64,000 bases of DNA from Gemmatimonadales bacterium (GCA_019038745.1 JAHOYV010000023.1:18482-82481); one strand, 5' to 3'. Numbered from the stretch's first letter, positions 37,938 through 48,950 are shown. Made by a program: numbers and translations. Notes: generated by a model not told the origin, from the sequence alone.

Positions 37938-38444
37938 TCAGTAGCTGCCGTGTTCCCTGTCGTTTAGGAGGAACTCCTTGTCGACCACGAATTTATCCCT
38001 GCTGTCGGCGGCGATCTCATAGATTCCCGTGTCCAGGCGAATCGCGTCACAAGGACAGGCTTCCTCGCAGAGTCCGCAGTAGACACACCGCAGCAGATCG
38101 ATAACAAAGGTCTCAGGGAATTTTTCGATCTCACTATCCGGATGCTCAGCCGCATCAATGTTGATGCAATCGGCGGGGCATACCGTAGCGCACATCTGGC
38201 AAGCAACACAACGGGGTGAGCCGTCCTCGCGCTTCATTAAACGATGGCGTCCGCGGAATCGGTCACTGTAAATCTTCTTCTCCTCCGGATACTGCAGGGT
38301 CGGCATCTCGGAAGTATGAAAGATGTTGTAGACCAGATGTCCGATGGTAACACCCAGCCCGCGCACGATCTCCCAGAAGTAGATCGAGTCACGGAATGAA
38401 GTTTTCTTGGCACAAGACCCCTTGGGCAGTCCTTCGAAACTCAT
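37938..38444 (-). CDS. nuoI: NADH-quinone oxidoreductase subunit I
   Basis: Two 4Fe-4S ferredoxin motifs, CVACQMCATVCP and CVYCGLCEEACP. Trimmed to ATG 38444 (GAGGAG 4 nt upstream). Confidence 0.93.
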   Translation of the reverse strand: MSFEGLPKGSCAKKTSFRDSIYFWEIVRGLGVTIGHLVYNIFHTSEMPTLQYPEEKKIYSDRFRGRHRLMKREDGSPRCVACQMCATVCPADCINIDAAEHPDSEIEKFPETFVIDLLRCVYCGLCEEACPCDAIRLDTGIYEIAADSRDKFVVDKEFLLNDREHGSY

Positions 38445-38525
38445 GATACTCCTCGTATCGAGCACTATCCTATATCCGGCTCGAGCCGGAAACCAACCAG
38501 CATGCAGACCCTACTCGAGGGTCAC

Positions 38526-39851
38526 TTAGACCATGGCCAGAACTACTGCCGTTACCACGAGATTGGCCAATCCCAACGGCAACATTACCTTCCACCCCAG
38601 CGCCATCAGCTGATCATAGCGGAAGCGGGGCAAGGTCCAGCGAACCCAGATGAACAACCACGCGAAAAAGACCAGTTTGACGACGAAGGCCCCTACTTGA
38701 ATCAGACTGGCGAAAAGGGAGGCCCCATCCGCTCCGATTCCCCACGGTTTCAGCACGAGACCGCCCAGGGCGCCAAGAGCCACGATCAGCCAGAGTGCTC
38801 CACCCAAGCCCGGCTCGCGATCCCGGGCATCGCCGAACTTGCCCTTCTCCCTCTGCGCCCTGCGAAAGAAGAGCAGGGAGAATATCATTGAGATAATCAC
38901 TACGCCGATCAGCTTGATCGTCAGCAGGGAGCCCGCATGCGCCTCCAGAACCGGTCGCGGCAACCAAGGGACCTGGTAACCTCCGAAATAGAAGGTGGCA
39001 ACCAGCGCCGCCCCGATAACCATGTGGGCGTATTCCGCCATGAAGAACAGGGCAAACTTCATGGAACTGTATTCCAGATGATACCCGGCCACGATCTCCG
39101 ATTCACCCTCCGGCAAATCGAAGGGGTTGCGATTCGTCTCCGCAAAAACAGCGGTGATAAAAAGCAGGAACCCCAACGGCTGTACTACAACACCCCACTT
39201 GGGGAGAAAACCCCATAGTAAATCGCCCTGACCCGCGACCAAATGCGTCAGACGCAGACCGGACAGGAAGTCCGCACCCAGGAATTCCCGCAAATGTTCA
39301 GGAGTCGCCTGACTGGAGAAGACCAGCACCAACCCGATCAGGGCAAGCCCCATATTGATTTCATAGCTTATCATCTGGGCCGTAGCGCGGACACCACCCA
39401 GGAAGGTGAATTTGTTGTTGGAGGCCCACCCGGCCATGATCACTCCGTAGGTGCCCAAACTGGCCACCGCCAGGATGTAGAGCAAGCCCACGTTCAGATC
39501 GGCGGCCACCAGGGAAACCTTCCGGCCGGCAATGCTGATGTAGTCTCCGAAGGGGATTACCGCGTAAGTGCTCAGGGCGACTGCCATAACCAACCAAGGC
39601 GCGATATTGTAAAGGGCCCGGTGTCGGTTGGCCGGCTGGATATCCTCCTTGAAGAGGAGCTTGAAAACGTCTGCTACCGGATGAACAAGCCCGGCTAGCC
39701 TGATTCCGGCGATAGAAGCCCGGTTCGGCCCGGTTCGGTCCTGAATGAAGGCGGCCCCCTTGCGCTCCATCCAGATCAAAACGACCACCATACCCATGAT
39801 GAGCACGAACATGAAACCGATTTTGGAGAGTGTATCGAGGAAGAGCATCAT
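38526..39851 (-). CDS. nuoH: NADH-quinone oxidoreductase subunit H (unusually long, 441 aa)
   Basis: WMERKGAAFIQDRTGPNR, AETNRNPFDLPEGESEIVAGYHLEYS, IWVRWTLPRFRYDQLMALGWK. An extra ~80 aa with two hydrophobic stretches sits before the last conserved helix. Confidence 0.92.
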   Translation of the reverse strand: MMLFLDTLSKIGFMFVLIMGMVVVLIWMERKGAAFIQDRTGPNRASIAGIRLAGLVHPVADVFKLLFKEDIQPANRHRALYNIAPWLVMAVALSTYAVIPFGDYISIAGRKVSLVAADLNVGLLYILAVASLGTYGVIMAGWASNNKFTFLGGVRATAQMISYEINMGLALIGLVLVFSSQATPEHLREFLGADFLSGLRLTHLVAGQGDLLWGFLPKWGVVVQPLGFLLFITAVFAETNRNPFDLPEGESEIVAGYHLEYSSMKFALFFMAEYAHMVIGAALVATFYFGGYQVPWLPRPVLEAHAGSLLTIKLIGVVIISMIFSLLFFRRAQREKGKFGDARDREPGLGGALWLIVALGALGGLVLKPWGIGADGASLFASLIQVGAFVVKLVFFAWLFIWVRWTLPRFRYDQLMALGWKVMLPLGLANLVVTAVVLAMV

Positions 39852-41443
39852 CAGCCTTCACCTCCGGCAACCGGGTCAGCTGGCTCGGCGAGCCCTGACG
39901 GGACCACCCCCAGAGCCGACAAGGTGTTAAGATCGAACTCCTGACCGTTGAACAGCTCCGAACTGACCCTTTTGCGCAGGGTGTCCAGATTGCCCGGCGA
40001 TTCCTCGCCCCCGGCCAGCACCAGCATTTCAGCCAGCACTCGCCAGTCCTCCCGGGCACTGCCGGGACATACCACCGCGGATTGGAATTGCTGTAATCGG
40101 CCATCCTGGTTGACAAAGGTCCCTGCCTTTTCGGCCCAGGAGGCTCCCGGCAAGGCATAAGCGGCCAGTTGTGCAGTCTCATTTACATGAGTGCCGATGT
40201 AAACCACATGCTGACAATTGGCCAGCACTTCGGCCAGAAGGGGATCAGCCGCCGGGTTGCCCCCGTGAATCAGGATGGTTCCCCGCGCCTCCTTGATCCT
40301 GTCCGCCAGTAAATCAGCTTTCATTTCTTCAAGTCCCACCAAGGCAAGACCGGCCCGGTTGGGAGTCCGGTCGGAGCTCAGCAGAAGATCATCGCCGTCC
40401 TTCTGATCGGATTCGGCCAAGCCGCCGATAATCTGATCTTCCCCAGCAACCTGCAGACCCAGCTGCTTCAGAAGGAACAATTCCTCCAGGGCCAAATGGG
40501 AACTGCCGATTACCAGGCTTACACCACCGGGTTTGAGCATCCCCGAAAGTTCGCCCTCCAACTCGCTCCACTGCAGGGGTGCCAGCTGGCCTCCGCTCTT
40601 TTTCAAGGGACTGTCCAGTCGTTTCTCGTCGTGAACGACCTTGTAGGTCATTCGCCCTCTGTCACACATCCACCGCCCATTTACCTCGGGGTTGTAACGT
40701 GGTTTCAGACGGAAAATCCGGCCGCCATGATGGTCGATCCTGATGTTGCAGCCGGTCGCACAGCCAGGGCAGATGCCCTCCGTGCTCTTGAGCATCCAGA
40801 CCCGCTTTTGAAAACGGAAATCGCGGCTGGTCAGGGCTCCCACCGGACAGAGGTCAACGGTATTCAAACTGTAGAGATTGTCCAACTCGACCCCGGGCGC
40901 AACATCGACATGAGCACGGTCTCCCCGGTCATAGATGCCCAGCTCCCCGGTCTTGGTCACTTCGCGGCAGAAACGGACACAACGACTGCAGAGGACACAG
41001 CGTTCCTGGTCGAGGATGACCTGTGGACCAATCACCTTCACCTTGGCCTTATGGCCCTTGTCAGATTGCTCGACCTTGGAATCATAAAGACCGAACTCCA
41101 TGTACTGATCCTGCAAGCCGCATTCTCCGGCCTGGTCACAGATCGGGCAGTCCACCGGATGGTTGATCAAGTGCAGCTCGAGAACCTGTTGATTGGCCTT
41201 ATTGACCCGCTCGTTCATCGTATGAACCACCATGCCGTCCCTGACGATGGTGTTGCAGGCAATGGCCAATTTCGGCATGCCCTCGATCTCCACCTGGCAA
41301 AGGCGGCAAACGCCGGCTACGGGTAGGTCGGGGTGGTAGCAGAAATGAGGCAGCGGTCTGCCTCGGGCCTCGGTACAGGCATCGAAAAGCCGGGTCCCGT
41401 CGGGGACTTCGATTTCCTTGCCGTCGATGGTCAGTTTGGCCAT
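39851..41443 (-). CDS. nuoG: NADH-quinone oxidoreductase subunit G (short form, 530 aa)
   Basis: N1b motif HFCYHPDLPVAGVCRLCQVE. N5 motif HPVDCPICDQAGEC. N4 motif CVLCSRCVRFC...CPVGAL. N7-type motif CPGCATGC-x27-C. Confidence 0.92.
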   Translation of the reverse strand: MAKLTIDGKEIEVPDGTRLFDACTEARGRPLPHFCYHPDLPVAGVCRLCQVEIEGMPKLAIACNTIVRDGMVVHTMNERVNKANQQVLELHLINHPVDCPICDQAGECGLQDQYMEFGLYDSKVEQSDKGHKAKVKVIGPQVILDQERCVLCSRCVRFCREVTKTGELGIYDRGDRAHVDVAPGVELDNLYSLNTVDLCPVGALTSRDFRFQKRVWMLKSTEGICPGCATGCNIRIDHHGGRIFRLKPRYNPEVNGRWMCDRGRMTYKVVHDEKRLDSPLKKSGGQLAPLQWSELEGELSGMLKPGGVSLVIGSSHLALEELFLLKQLGLQVAGEDQIIGGLAESDQKDGDDLLLSSDRTPNRAGLALVGLEEMKADLLADRIKEARGTILIHGGNPAADPLLAEVLANCQHVVYIGTHVNETAQLAAYALPGASWAEKAGTFVNQDGRLQQFQSAVVCPGSAREDWRVLAEMLVLAGGEESPGNLDTLRKRVSSELFNGQEFDLNTLSALGVVPSGLAEPADPVAGGEG

Positions 41444-41445
41444 TC

Positions 41446-42753
<1,308 letters not shown>

Positions 42754-42754
42754 C

Positions 42755-43297
42755 TTAATCCTCCAGTTCCCGGTCGGTATCCGCACGAGGCACAACGCCC
42801 TTGCGGAGGTTGTCCAACAGGTCCTCCGCCTTTTCGGGCGTCAGGTATTCGTAGAGGTGCTTGCCCAATTGCAGGCAAGGCCCATGGCCGCACGCGCCCA
42901 GGCACTCCGCTCCCTCGATGGCAAACTTTCCGTCGGGAGTGGCCTCACCCAGCCGAACACCCAGTTTCTTTTCAAGTTGGGCGATGACGTTCCTGGCACC
43001 CATGATGTGACAACTGATATTGTGACACACCTGCAAAACATGCTCAGCCTGGGGTTCGGTCCGATACATCGTGTAGAAAGACAGTACCTCGTAAACCCGC
43101 GCCTTGGTCACACCCAGCTTCTCAACCAGAAAATCCACGCCCGTGTCGGGAACATATCCCATCTCATCCGTGATGGCCCAGATCGATGGCATCAGGGCAC
43201 TGGCTCGAGTCGGGTAGGCCTCAACGAGCTTGTCGACCCGGGACAACGTCTCCGGCGACGGTTTGAATTCCTGTTTCATATCCTGCGTCTTGCTCAT
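42755..43297 (-). CDS. nuoE: NADH-quinone oxidoreductase subunit E
   Basis: 2Fe-2S motifs VCHNISCHIMGA and ECLGACGHGPC. Trimmed to ATG 43297 (GGAAGG upstream), downstream of the nuoCD stop. Confidence 0.92.
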   Translation of the reverse strand: MSKTQDMKQEFKPSPETLSRVDKLVEAYPTRASALMPSIWAITDEMGYVPDTGVDFLVEKLGVTKARVYEVLSFYTMYRTEPQAEHVLQVCHNISCHIMGARNVIAQLEKKLGVRLGEATPDGKFAIEGAECLGACGHGPCLQLGKHLYEYLTPEKAEDLLDNLRKGVVPRADTDRELED

Positions 43298-43313
43298 TGC
43301 TAAAACCTTCCGA

Positions 43314-45035
43314 TCATCGATCCAATTCACCGGCGATGATGTTGATACTGCCCAGAGTGGCTATGGCATCCGGAATCATCCTGCCCTGGATCAGACGGGC
43401 AAAGGAGGAGAAGATCGGGAAACAAGGGGGACGCACTTTCACCCGATAGGGCCGGCCGCCGCCGTCGGAGACGCAGAAAAAGCCGAGTTCCCCGTTGGCG
43501 CCTTCGCCGAATCCATAGCCTTCCCCGGCCGGTACTTGGATCCCCTCGGAGACCAGTTTGAACTGGTTCATAACCCCTTCGATACTACCGTAAACGTTTT
43601 GTTTGGGGGGCATCACAATCGCTGGATTGTCGATCCACAAGGGTCCTTCGGTTAGCTTTTCCAAAGCCTGCAACACGATGGAGCGACTTTGAATCATTTC
43701 AGACATCCGCACCATGATTCGGTCGTGGGTATCACCGTTGACCCCGGTGGGAATATCAAAATCATACTCTTCATAGCCCAGATACGGAGCATCCTTGCGC
43801 AGATCAACGGCCAGGCCGGTAGCCCGCAGGCAGGGGCCCGTGTAGCCCCAGCTCAGCGCCTCTTCGGTATTGATCACGCACACGTCGACCGTGCGATCCA
43901 GGAAGATGCGGTTTCGGGCGATCAGCTTCATGACATCATCATGCCCCTGCTTCAGCTGGTCCATTTTGACCCGAATCTCATCTTCGAAACCCTCGTACAA
44001 ATCGTGGCTCATCCCGCCGATCCGGGCATAATTGCTGGTCAACCGCGACCCACACAGCGCTTCCAAACATTCGTATATGCTCTCGCGGATGTTGTAGAGA
44101 TACCAGTAGTTGGTCAAGGCCCCGACATCGACCAGATTGGCGCAAACACATACGAGGTGATCAATTATACGGGCCAACTCACTGACGATGACCCGGATGA
44201 CACGCGTTCGTGGAGTGACCTCGACCGCAAGCATCTTCTCGACTGCCCCGGCATAGATGCAGTTGTTGAGCATGGCCGAACAGTAATTCAAGCGATCCGT
44301 ATAAGGCATCACTTCGGCCCAGGTGTGATCCTCCGCTTCTTTCTCGAAGCAACGATGCAGATAGCCGATTTCAGCGCGGCTCTCGATGATGGTCTCACCG
44401 TCCAACAAACACTCGACCCGCAGCGCACCATGGGTAGCTGGATGACTGGGGCCCAGGTTCACCGTCAACAGGTCACTGGGATGGATCTCATCCTCCACCC
44501 CCGACAGGTCGGCCACCAGGTCTGAGGCCCTTTGCGCTGCACGGGAAATATCCTCGTCTGAAAATAGATTTTCGGGTCGTGAGCATTCCTGACCCTGCTC
44601 GATCTCGTAATCCTTGCGCAGGGGATGGCCCTCGAATTCGTGGTGAGTAAGAATACGCCTCAGATCAGGATGACCGCTGAAAGAAACACCGAACAGATCG
44701 TAAACTTCTCGTTCATGCCAGTTGGCTGATTTGTATAAACCCGTCAGGGAAGGCACCGGCTCGTCCACGGGAACCTCGACCTTTACCCTTACCCGGTTTT
44801 TGTTACTCCAGGATCGTAACAGATAGTTCACTTCTAGACGCCGAGACCGCTCTGGATAGTCGACACCCACCACATCCGAAAGCTGTTCGCAACCCTCCCG
44901 GTCCCGCAAATGGGCGACCACCTTGGCTAGGTTCTCGGGAGCAACAGAAATCGTCTCGTCGCCGTGCTGGCTGCTGGTGGCCAGGATCTCGGACCCGAAT
45001 TCCTGCTGCAGCCTTTCGACCAGCTTCTGGCTCAT
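43314..45035 (-). CDS. nuoCD: Fused NADH-quinone oxidoreductase subunits C and D
   Basis: 573 aa. N-terminal NuoC part (HEREVYDLFGVSFSGHPDLRRILT) continues without a stop into NuoD (NLGPSHPATHGALR...RIGGMSHD...). Ends in the NuoD-typical SINIIAGELDR. Confidence 0.93.
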   Translation of the reverse strand: MSQKLVERLQQEFGSEILATSSQHGDETISVAPENLAKVVAHLRDREGCEQLSDVVGVDYPERSRRLEVNYLLRSWSNKNRVRVKVEVPVDEPVPSLTGLYKSANWHEREVYDLFGVSFSGHPDLRRILTHHEFEGHPLRKDYEIEQGQECSRPENLFSDEDISRAAQRASDLVADLSGVEDEIHPSDLLTVNLGPSHPATHGALRVECLLDGETIIESRAEIGYLHRCFEKEAEDHTWAEVMPYTDRLNYCSAMLNNCIYAGAVEKMLAVEVTPRTRVIRVIVSELARIIDHLVCVCANLVDVGALTNYWYLYNIRESIYECLEALCGSRLTSNYARIGGMSHDLYEGFEDEIRVKMDQLKQGHDDVMKLIARNRIFLDRTVDVCVINTEEALSWGYTGPCLRATGLAVDLRKDAPYLGYEEYDFDIPTGVNGDTHDRIMVRMSEMIQSRSIVLQALEKLTEGPLWIDNPAIVMPPKQNVYGSIEGVMNQFKLVSEGIQVPAGEGYGFGEGANGELGFFCVSDGGGRPYRVKVRPPCFPIFSSFARLIQGRMIPDAIATLGSINIIAGELDR

Positions 45036-45114
45036 ACTCTTCCGTCCCTGTGCCGGAGTCCGTGGATTCCGGTCACGTTTAAGGGTTCAATCGGTTGTTG
45101 GGATCCTGCCCGCA

Positions 45115-45627
45115 TCATCCCTGAGCCTGGGTCCGCGCCGCATGCCGCACCTTTGAAGGCTCCAAGCCCTCCTTCTCCACTTTTTCCTGAATCTGGGTTA
45201 GGGCAAAGAAGAGGTTCTCAGGAGTCGGAGGACAACCGGCGACGTAAACATCCACCGGAACGACCTTGTCCGCGCCCTGAAGCGTGCCGTAATTGTTGTA
45301 AAATCCACCGGTGCTGGCGCAGGCGCCCATGGCGATGACCCATTTCGGCTCGGCCATCTGGGAATAGATGGTTTTGAGAATGGAAGCCTGTTTGTAGCTG
45401 ATGGTCCCGGCGATGATCATCAGATCGCTTTGCCGCGGGGAAAATCGAACCAGTTCCGCCCCATATCGACTGATGTCGTGGTAGGAGGCCGCAGCGCTCA
45501 TGAACTCGATGGCGCAACAGGCCGTACCGAAAGGCAGGGGCCAGAGGGAATATTTTCGACCCCAGTTGACCGCCTGGCGCAGGCGAGTGGTCATAAAGTT
45601 GCTGGGGCTGTCGAGATCTACTCCCAT
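45115..45627 (-). CDS. nuoB: NADH-quinone oxidoreductase subunit B
   Basis: GTACCAIEFM, MGACASTGG, VDVYVAGCPPTPE (N2 cluster ligands). Confidence 0.94.
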   Translation of the reverse strand: MGVDLDSPSNFMTTRLRQAVNWGRKYSLWPLPFGTACCAIEFMSAAASYHDISRYGAELVRFSPRQSDLMIIAGTISYKQASILKTIYSQMAEPKWVIAMGACASTGGFYNNYGTLQGADKVVPVDVYVAGCPPTPENLFFALTQIQEKVEKEGLEPSKVRHAARTQAQG

Positions 45628-45989
45628 TCGAGCCCGCCTTTCTTCCAGATGTAGATGAAACCAACCAAGAGCACCAAAATGAAGGCTCCCATTTCACCCA
45701 GAGCGAACAATCCATGGCCGGCATCCACCAGCTCATTGAACATAAGAGCCCAGGGATAGAGGAAAACCGTTTCCAGGTCGAAGAGCAGGAAAAAGAGCGC
45801 TACCAAAAAGAACCGAACAAAGAAACGGATCTGGATGCCGCCCCGAACGGGGACCCCGCACTCGTAGGTGGAATTTTTCAGCGAAGAAGGTCGGCTGGGC
45901 CCCAACCAAAAACTGATTCCCAGAAAGACCCCTGCGAATGCCATGGCCACAACCAGAACCAGCAAGACTGGAAGGAATTGTTCGAACAT
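45618..45989 (-). CDS. nuoA: NADH-quinone oxidoreductase subunit A
   Basis: 123 aa: STYECGVP and FLLFDLETVFLYPWA. GGGAG 5 nt upstream of ATG 45989. First gene of the operon. Confidence 0.92.
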   Translation of the reverse strand: MFEQFLPVLLVLVVAMAFAGVFLGISFWLGPSRPSSLKNSTYECGVPVRGGIQIRFFVRFFLVALFFLLFDLETVFLYPWALMFNELVDAGHGLFALGEMGAFILVLLVGFIYIWKKGGLEWE

Positions 45990-46082
45990 GCTAACTCCCT
46001 GCGAGAGTCAGTAGACGACTACTCGTTCAATATGAAGAAAACCCTTCATCCGAGAGCGCCTACCCGAAGCTAATTTGATGCA

Positions 46083-46110
46083 AAAATAACAGAGGGATCA
46101 GTCCTGTCAA
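46083..46110 (-). promoter_or_regulatory. sigma70-type promoter for the nuo operon
   Basis: Minus strand TTGACA (46110..46105), 16-nt spacer, TATTTT (46088..46083). About 85 nt upstream of the nuoA ATG. Confidence 0.4.
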
Positions 46111-46120
46111 CAAGCGAACT

Positions 46121-46141
46121 TGATTGGTGAACCTGATTGGT
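46121..46141 (-). repeat. Two direct ACCAATCA boxes (13-nt period) just upstream of the nuo -35 element
   Basis: Plus strand has TGATTGGT at 46121-46128 and at 46134-46141. Minus strand reads ACCAATCAggttcACCAATCAagttcgcttgTTGACA. Confidence 0.4.
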
Positions 46142-46401
46142 TGAAACAATTACCTCTTCGACAGTTTTTTTGCCACTCCCACGGCAAATTCTCAAACACG
46201 TGGATAGACAGGTCCAATTTCCTCCGAATTTTCTTTATGTGTAACAAGCATTTACCCTTGTCCGGCCCTGCCAGACCGTGCAGAAATCCACTTTGGTTCC
46301 GGCACGAAGGTTGCCTTGACCCTATGAATGCAACTACCCCGGCCGTTATCCGGCGTCATTTCGCCGAGAAAACAGCCTTCGAACCATTCCAGGAGAGGGC
46401 C

Positions 46402-47136
46402 ATGAGCACATCCACCCATTTGCAGCCAGAATCCAACATTGAAGCACCCTCGCAAGAGGACCTCTCTAATCTCGTGCAGGAGGGATCCGCAGCTCTGACC
46501 AAAGGTGATTTGCGATCCGCCCTGGAAACCTTCGGGAAAGTAATTGAAGCCTTCCCCGACCGTCCGGAGGGCCACAACAACCTGGGCGCACTGTACTCCT
46601 CCCTCAACGAATGCGCCAAAGCGGAAGTTTGCTTCACCAGGGTTCTGGACATCCTGCCACATAATGCCAATGCCATGTATAACCGTGGGGTTGTTCGCGC
46701 GCGGCTGGAAAAGTCGGACCTTGCCAGGGAAGATTTCGAGAATGCCCTGAAGCTGAATCCGAAAGATCCTGACTTGTTCAATAACCTGGGAGTGATCAAC
46801 TTCCTGCAAGGTCGCCTGAAGCAGGCCCGAAAGAATTTCCGGAAAGCGGCCAAGCTCGATTCCTTGAACACGAACGCCGTAATAAACCTCTGTGATGTCG
46901 AGATGGCGGCGGGAAACCACACTGAAGCCGTCGTCCTGTGCGAAAACTTCCTGGCCAAGCAAAATGACCTGGATATTCGTCAACGTCACTTTGAGCTGCT
47001 GATCACGGGGTGCCGGGAAGCTCTGGGCAAAGCCAGCGAGGCCGCTGAAGCCCTCTTGAGTGAGGATGGAAAGAACAATGGTGTCCGACTGGAATTGGGT
47101 AAGTTGATCCAGGCCCAATCCGTGTTGAAACCATGA
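46402..47136 (+). CDS. Tetratricopeptide-repeat protein
   Basis: Trimmed to ATG 46402 (AGGAG 6 nt upstream). About five TPR units (e.g. GHNNLGALYSSLNECAKAEVCFTRVLDILPHNANAMYNRGVVRARLEKSDLAREDFENALKLNPKDPDLFNNLGVINF). Confidence 0.75.
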   Translation: MSTSTHLQPESNIEAPSQEDLSNLVQEGSAALTKGDLRSALETFGKVIEAFPDRPEGHNNLGALYSSLNECAKAEVCFTRVLDILPHNANAMYNRGVVRARLEKSDLAREDFENALKLNPKDPDLFNNLGVINFLQGRLKQARKNFRKAAKLDSLNTNAVINLCDVEMAAGNHTEAVVLCENFLAKQNDLDIRQRHFELLITGCREALGKASEAAEALLSEDGKNNGVRLELGKLIQAQSVLKP

Positions 47137-47252
47137 ATACGCTGCCGCGGAGACAATAGGTCTGAGAACTGAATCTATTGTAGATTCCGCCGATTCCCTG
47201 GATCGGCGATGTGGTATTTTCCGTTTCTGCTTTACCCGTTTCTAGCCCCTGC

Positions 47253-47281
47253 TTGAAAAATTCGGGATCCTGAACTATAGC
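47253..47281 (+). promoter_or_regulatory. sigma70-type promoter for the class IV aminotransferase gene
   Basis: TTGAAA (47253-47258), 17-nt spacer, TATAGC (47276-47281). Confidence 0.35.
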
Positions 47282-47371
47282 TGTAAAAAACAATGGTGTC
47301 CTACGAAGCTGGCCAACGGCCTCCTTTCACTGCCCCTTCCCCGGCGTAACCTTGTCTCCCGGGTGCTTACC

Positions 47372-48244
47372 ATGATCGTATACCTCAATGGACAATTCCT
47401 GGATTCCGACCAGGCCACCGTCTCCATCTGGGACGGAGGTTACCTTTACGGGGACGGGATCTTTACCACCCTTCGCCTCTATTGCGGGGTCCCCCTGGAT
47501 TTGCCCGCCCACTGGGGACGCTTGAGGGAACAGGCCAGGGCCCTGGAGCTTCCCCTTCCGCTGGAGTTCCCAGAACTTGAAAACGCCATCGCCTCGCTGG
47601 CGGCCCGCAGCGGTCGCCGGCAAGCAGACGGACGTATCCGCATCACCATCAGCCGAGGGGGCAGCATGGAGAACCCCCTGCCCTTGAGGGACCTTGAAAA
47701 GATCCCACCTACCATCTTGATCACTCTGGCGCCCCTGCCGGAAGACCTACCCGACCTGCAGTCCCGAGGGATTCCGGTTATTACTCTTGGAGCCTTTTTC
47801 TCGCGGGGAAACGTCCCGGAGCTGAAGACGCTCAATACACTGCCCTCCATCCTGGCCCAGCGAATGGCAGCGGCAGCCGGTTGCCCGGAAGCCATCTTGA
47901 CTGGTCCGGAAGGGATCCTGCTGGAGGGAGCGGCCAGCAACCTGTTCCTGGTCAGTTCGGGGAACCTGCTGACTCCGGCTACCGGGGCCGGTTTTCTGGC
48001 CGGCTTGACCCGGGAGAAGGTCCTGAATCTCGCGAAGGAAATGGGAATCGAAGTCAGGCAGAAGAAGTTGGATGGACGTCACCTTGAAGCGGCCTGCGAA
48101 GTCTTCGTTGTCGGCAGCGTCCGTGAGGTTGTCCCGGTGGTCACGGTGGATGGCAGGACCGTCGGCGACGGGACACCCGGCCCCGTCACCCGAAAATTCC
48201 AGCATGAATATCGACAGATGATCGCAGGATTACTCGGAAATTAG
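47372..48244 (+). CDS. Class IV (fold-type IV) PLP aminotransferase: branched-chain/D-amino-acid aminotransferase or aminodeoxychorismate lyase-like
   Basis: MIVYLNGQF...DGGYLYGDGIFTTLR, EAILTGPEGILLEGAASNLFLV, AGLTREKVL, EVFVVGSVREVVPV. The start is ATG 47372 or GTG 47363; neither has a strong SD. Confidence 0.85.
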   Translation: MIVYLNGQFLDSDQATVSIWDGGYLYGDGIFTTLRLYCGVPLDLPAHWGRLREQARALELPLPLEFPELENAIASLAARSGRRQADGRIRITISRGGSMENPLPLRDLEKIPPTILITLAPLPEDLPDLQSRGIPVITLGAFFSRGNVPELKTLNTLPSILAQRMAAAAGCPEAILTGPEGILLEGAASNLFLVSSGNLLTPATGAGFLAGLTREKVLNLAKEMGIEVRQKKLDGRHLEAACEVFVVGSVREVVPVVTVDGRTVGDGTPGPVTRKFQHEYRQMIAGLLGN

Positions 48245-48282
48245 GGAGCTGTCGAAAAACCCCGGGCCAAGCCATTTGCGAC

Positions 48283-48891
48283 CTAGAAATCGAAGCTTGT
48301 ATCCTGGCTCTTGTAGGAATTGAACTCTTCCTGATTCGCAGGCGGCAATTCGTTTTTCACTTCCCGCGGCGGAGGTCCAGCCAGTGCAATCTCATCCTTG
48401 AGAGTGGCCAAGTCGGTGTAGGCGTCGGCCCCGGCGATCAGGTCCGTGCTGGTCATCTCCCTCAGCGCGCATACTTCCACGTGTACCCCGTGGCGCCCAA
48501 CTGCGTCGATCAGGGGGCGGAAATCCCCGTCGCCGGTACAAAGGATCACCGTATCCAGGGAAGGGGCCAACTCAAGAACATCAATGGCCATCTCCATATC
48601 CAGACTACTTCGTACACTACGTGTGGAGACCTCGCCGTCATTGAAGGATTTGATTTCCTTGGTTACAACCCTGAAACCGTTCAGTTTCAGAAAGTTGATG
48701 AAATCAATCTTGCCTTCGGACTGATTACTAAATGCAGTGTAGAAATAGGATCTTACCAAACGCCTGGAACCCGATAATTGGCTACACAACTTCAGATAAT
48801 CCAAACGCATATTCAAATGCTTCGCACTGTAGTGAATATTTTCTCCGTCAATAAAAATAGCAACACGATCATTCGAGTTGGGGGTATACAT
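48283..48891 (-). CDS. NYN-domain (LabA/DUF88-like) predicted RNase
   Basis: VAIFIDGENIHYS and VILCTGDGDFRPLIDAVGRHGVHVEV motifs. AAGGTGGA upstream of ATG 48891. Confidence 0.85.
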   Translation of the reverse strand: MYTPNSNDRVAIFIDGENIHYSAKHLNMRLDYLKLCSQLSGSRRLVRSYFYTAFSNQSEGKIDFINFLKLNGFRVVTKEIKSFNDGEVSTRSVRSSLDMEMAIDVLELAPSLDTVILCTGDGDFRPLIDAVGRHGVHVEVCALREMTSTDLIAGADAYTDLATLKDEIALAGPPPREVKNELPPANQEEFNSYKSQDTSFDF

Positions 48892-48950
48892 GACAATTCC
48901 ACCTTGTTCAATACCAAAGGACCGGTAAGCCGGCCGGCTAGGCGAGTGCC

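Noticed and set aside
38476-38489. Perfect 14-nt palindrome CCGGCTCGAGCCGG between nuoI and nuoH
   Set aside because: It has no U tract and sits inside an operon whose downstream genes are needed. It is more likely an mRNA stability or processing hairpin, or chance, than a terminator.
47188-47220. 7-bp hairpin CGCCGAT-N7-ATCGGCG with a nearby T-rich stretch after the TPR gene
   Set aside because: The stem is short and the T-rich run is separated from it by about 8 nt. This is too weak to call a terminator.
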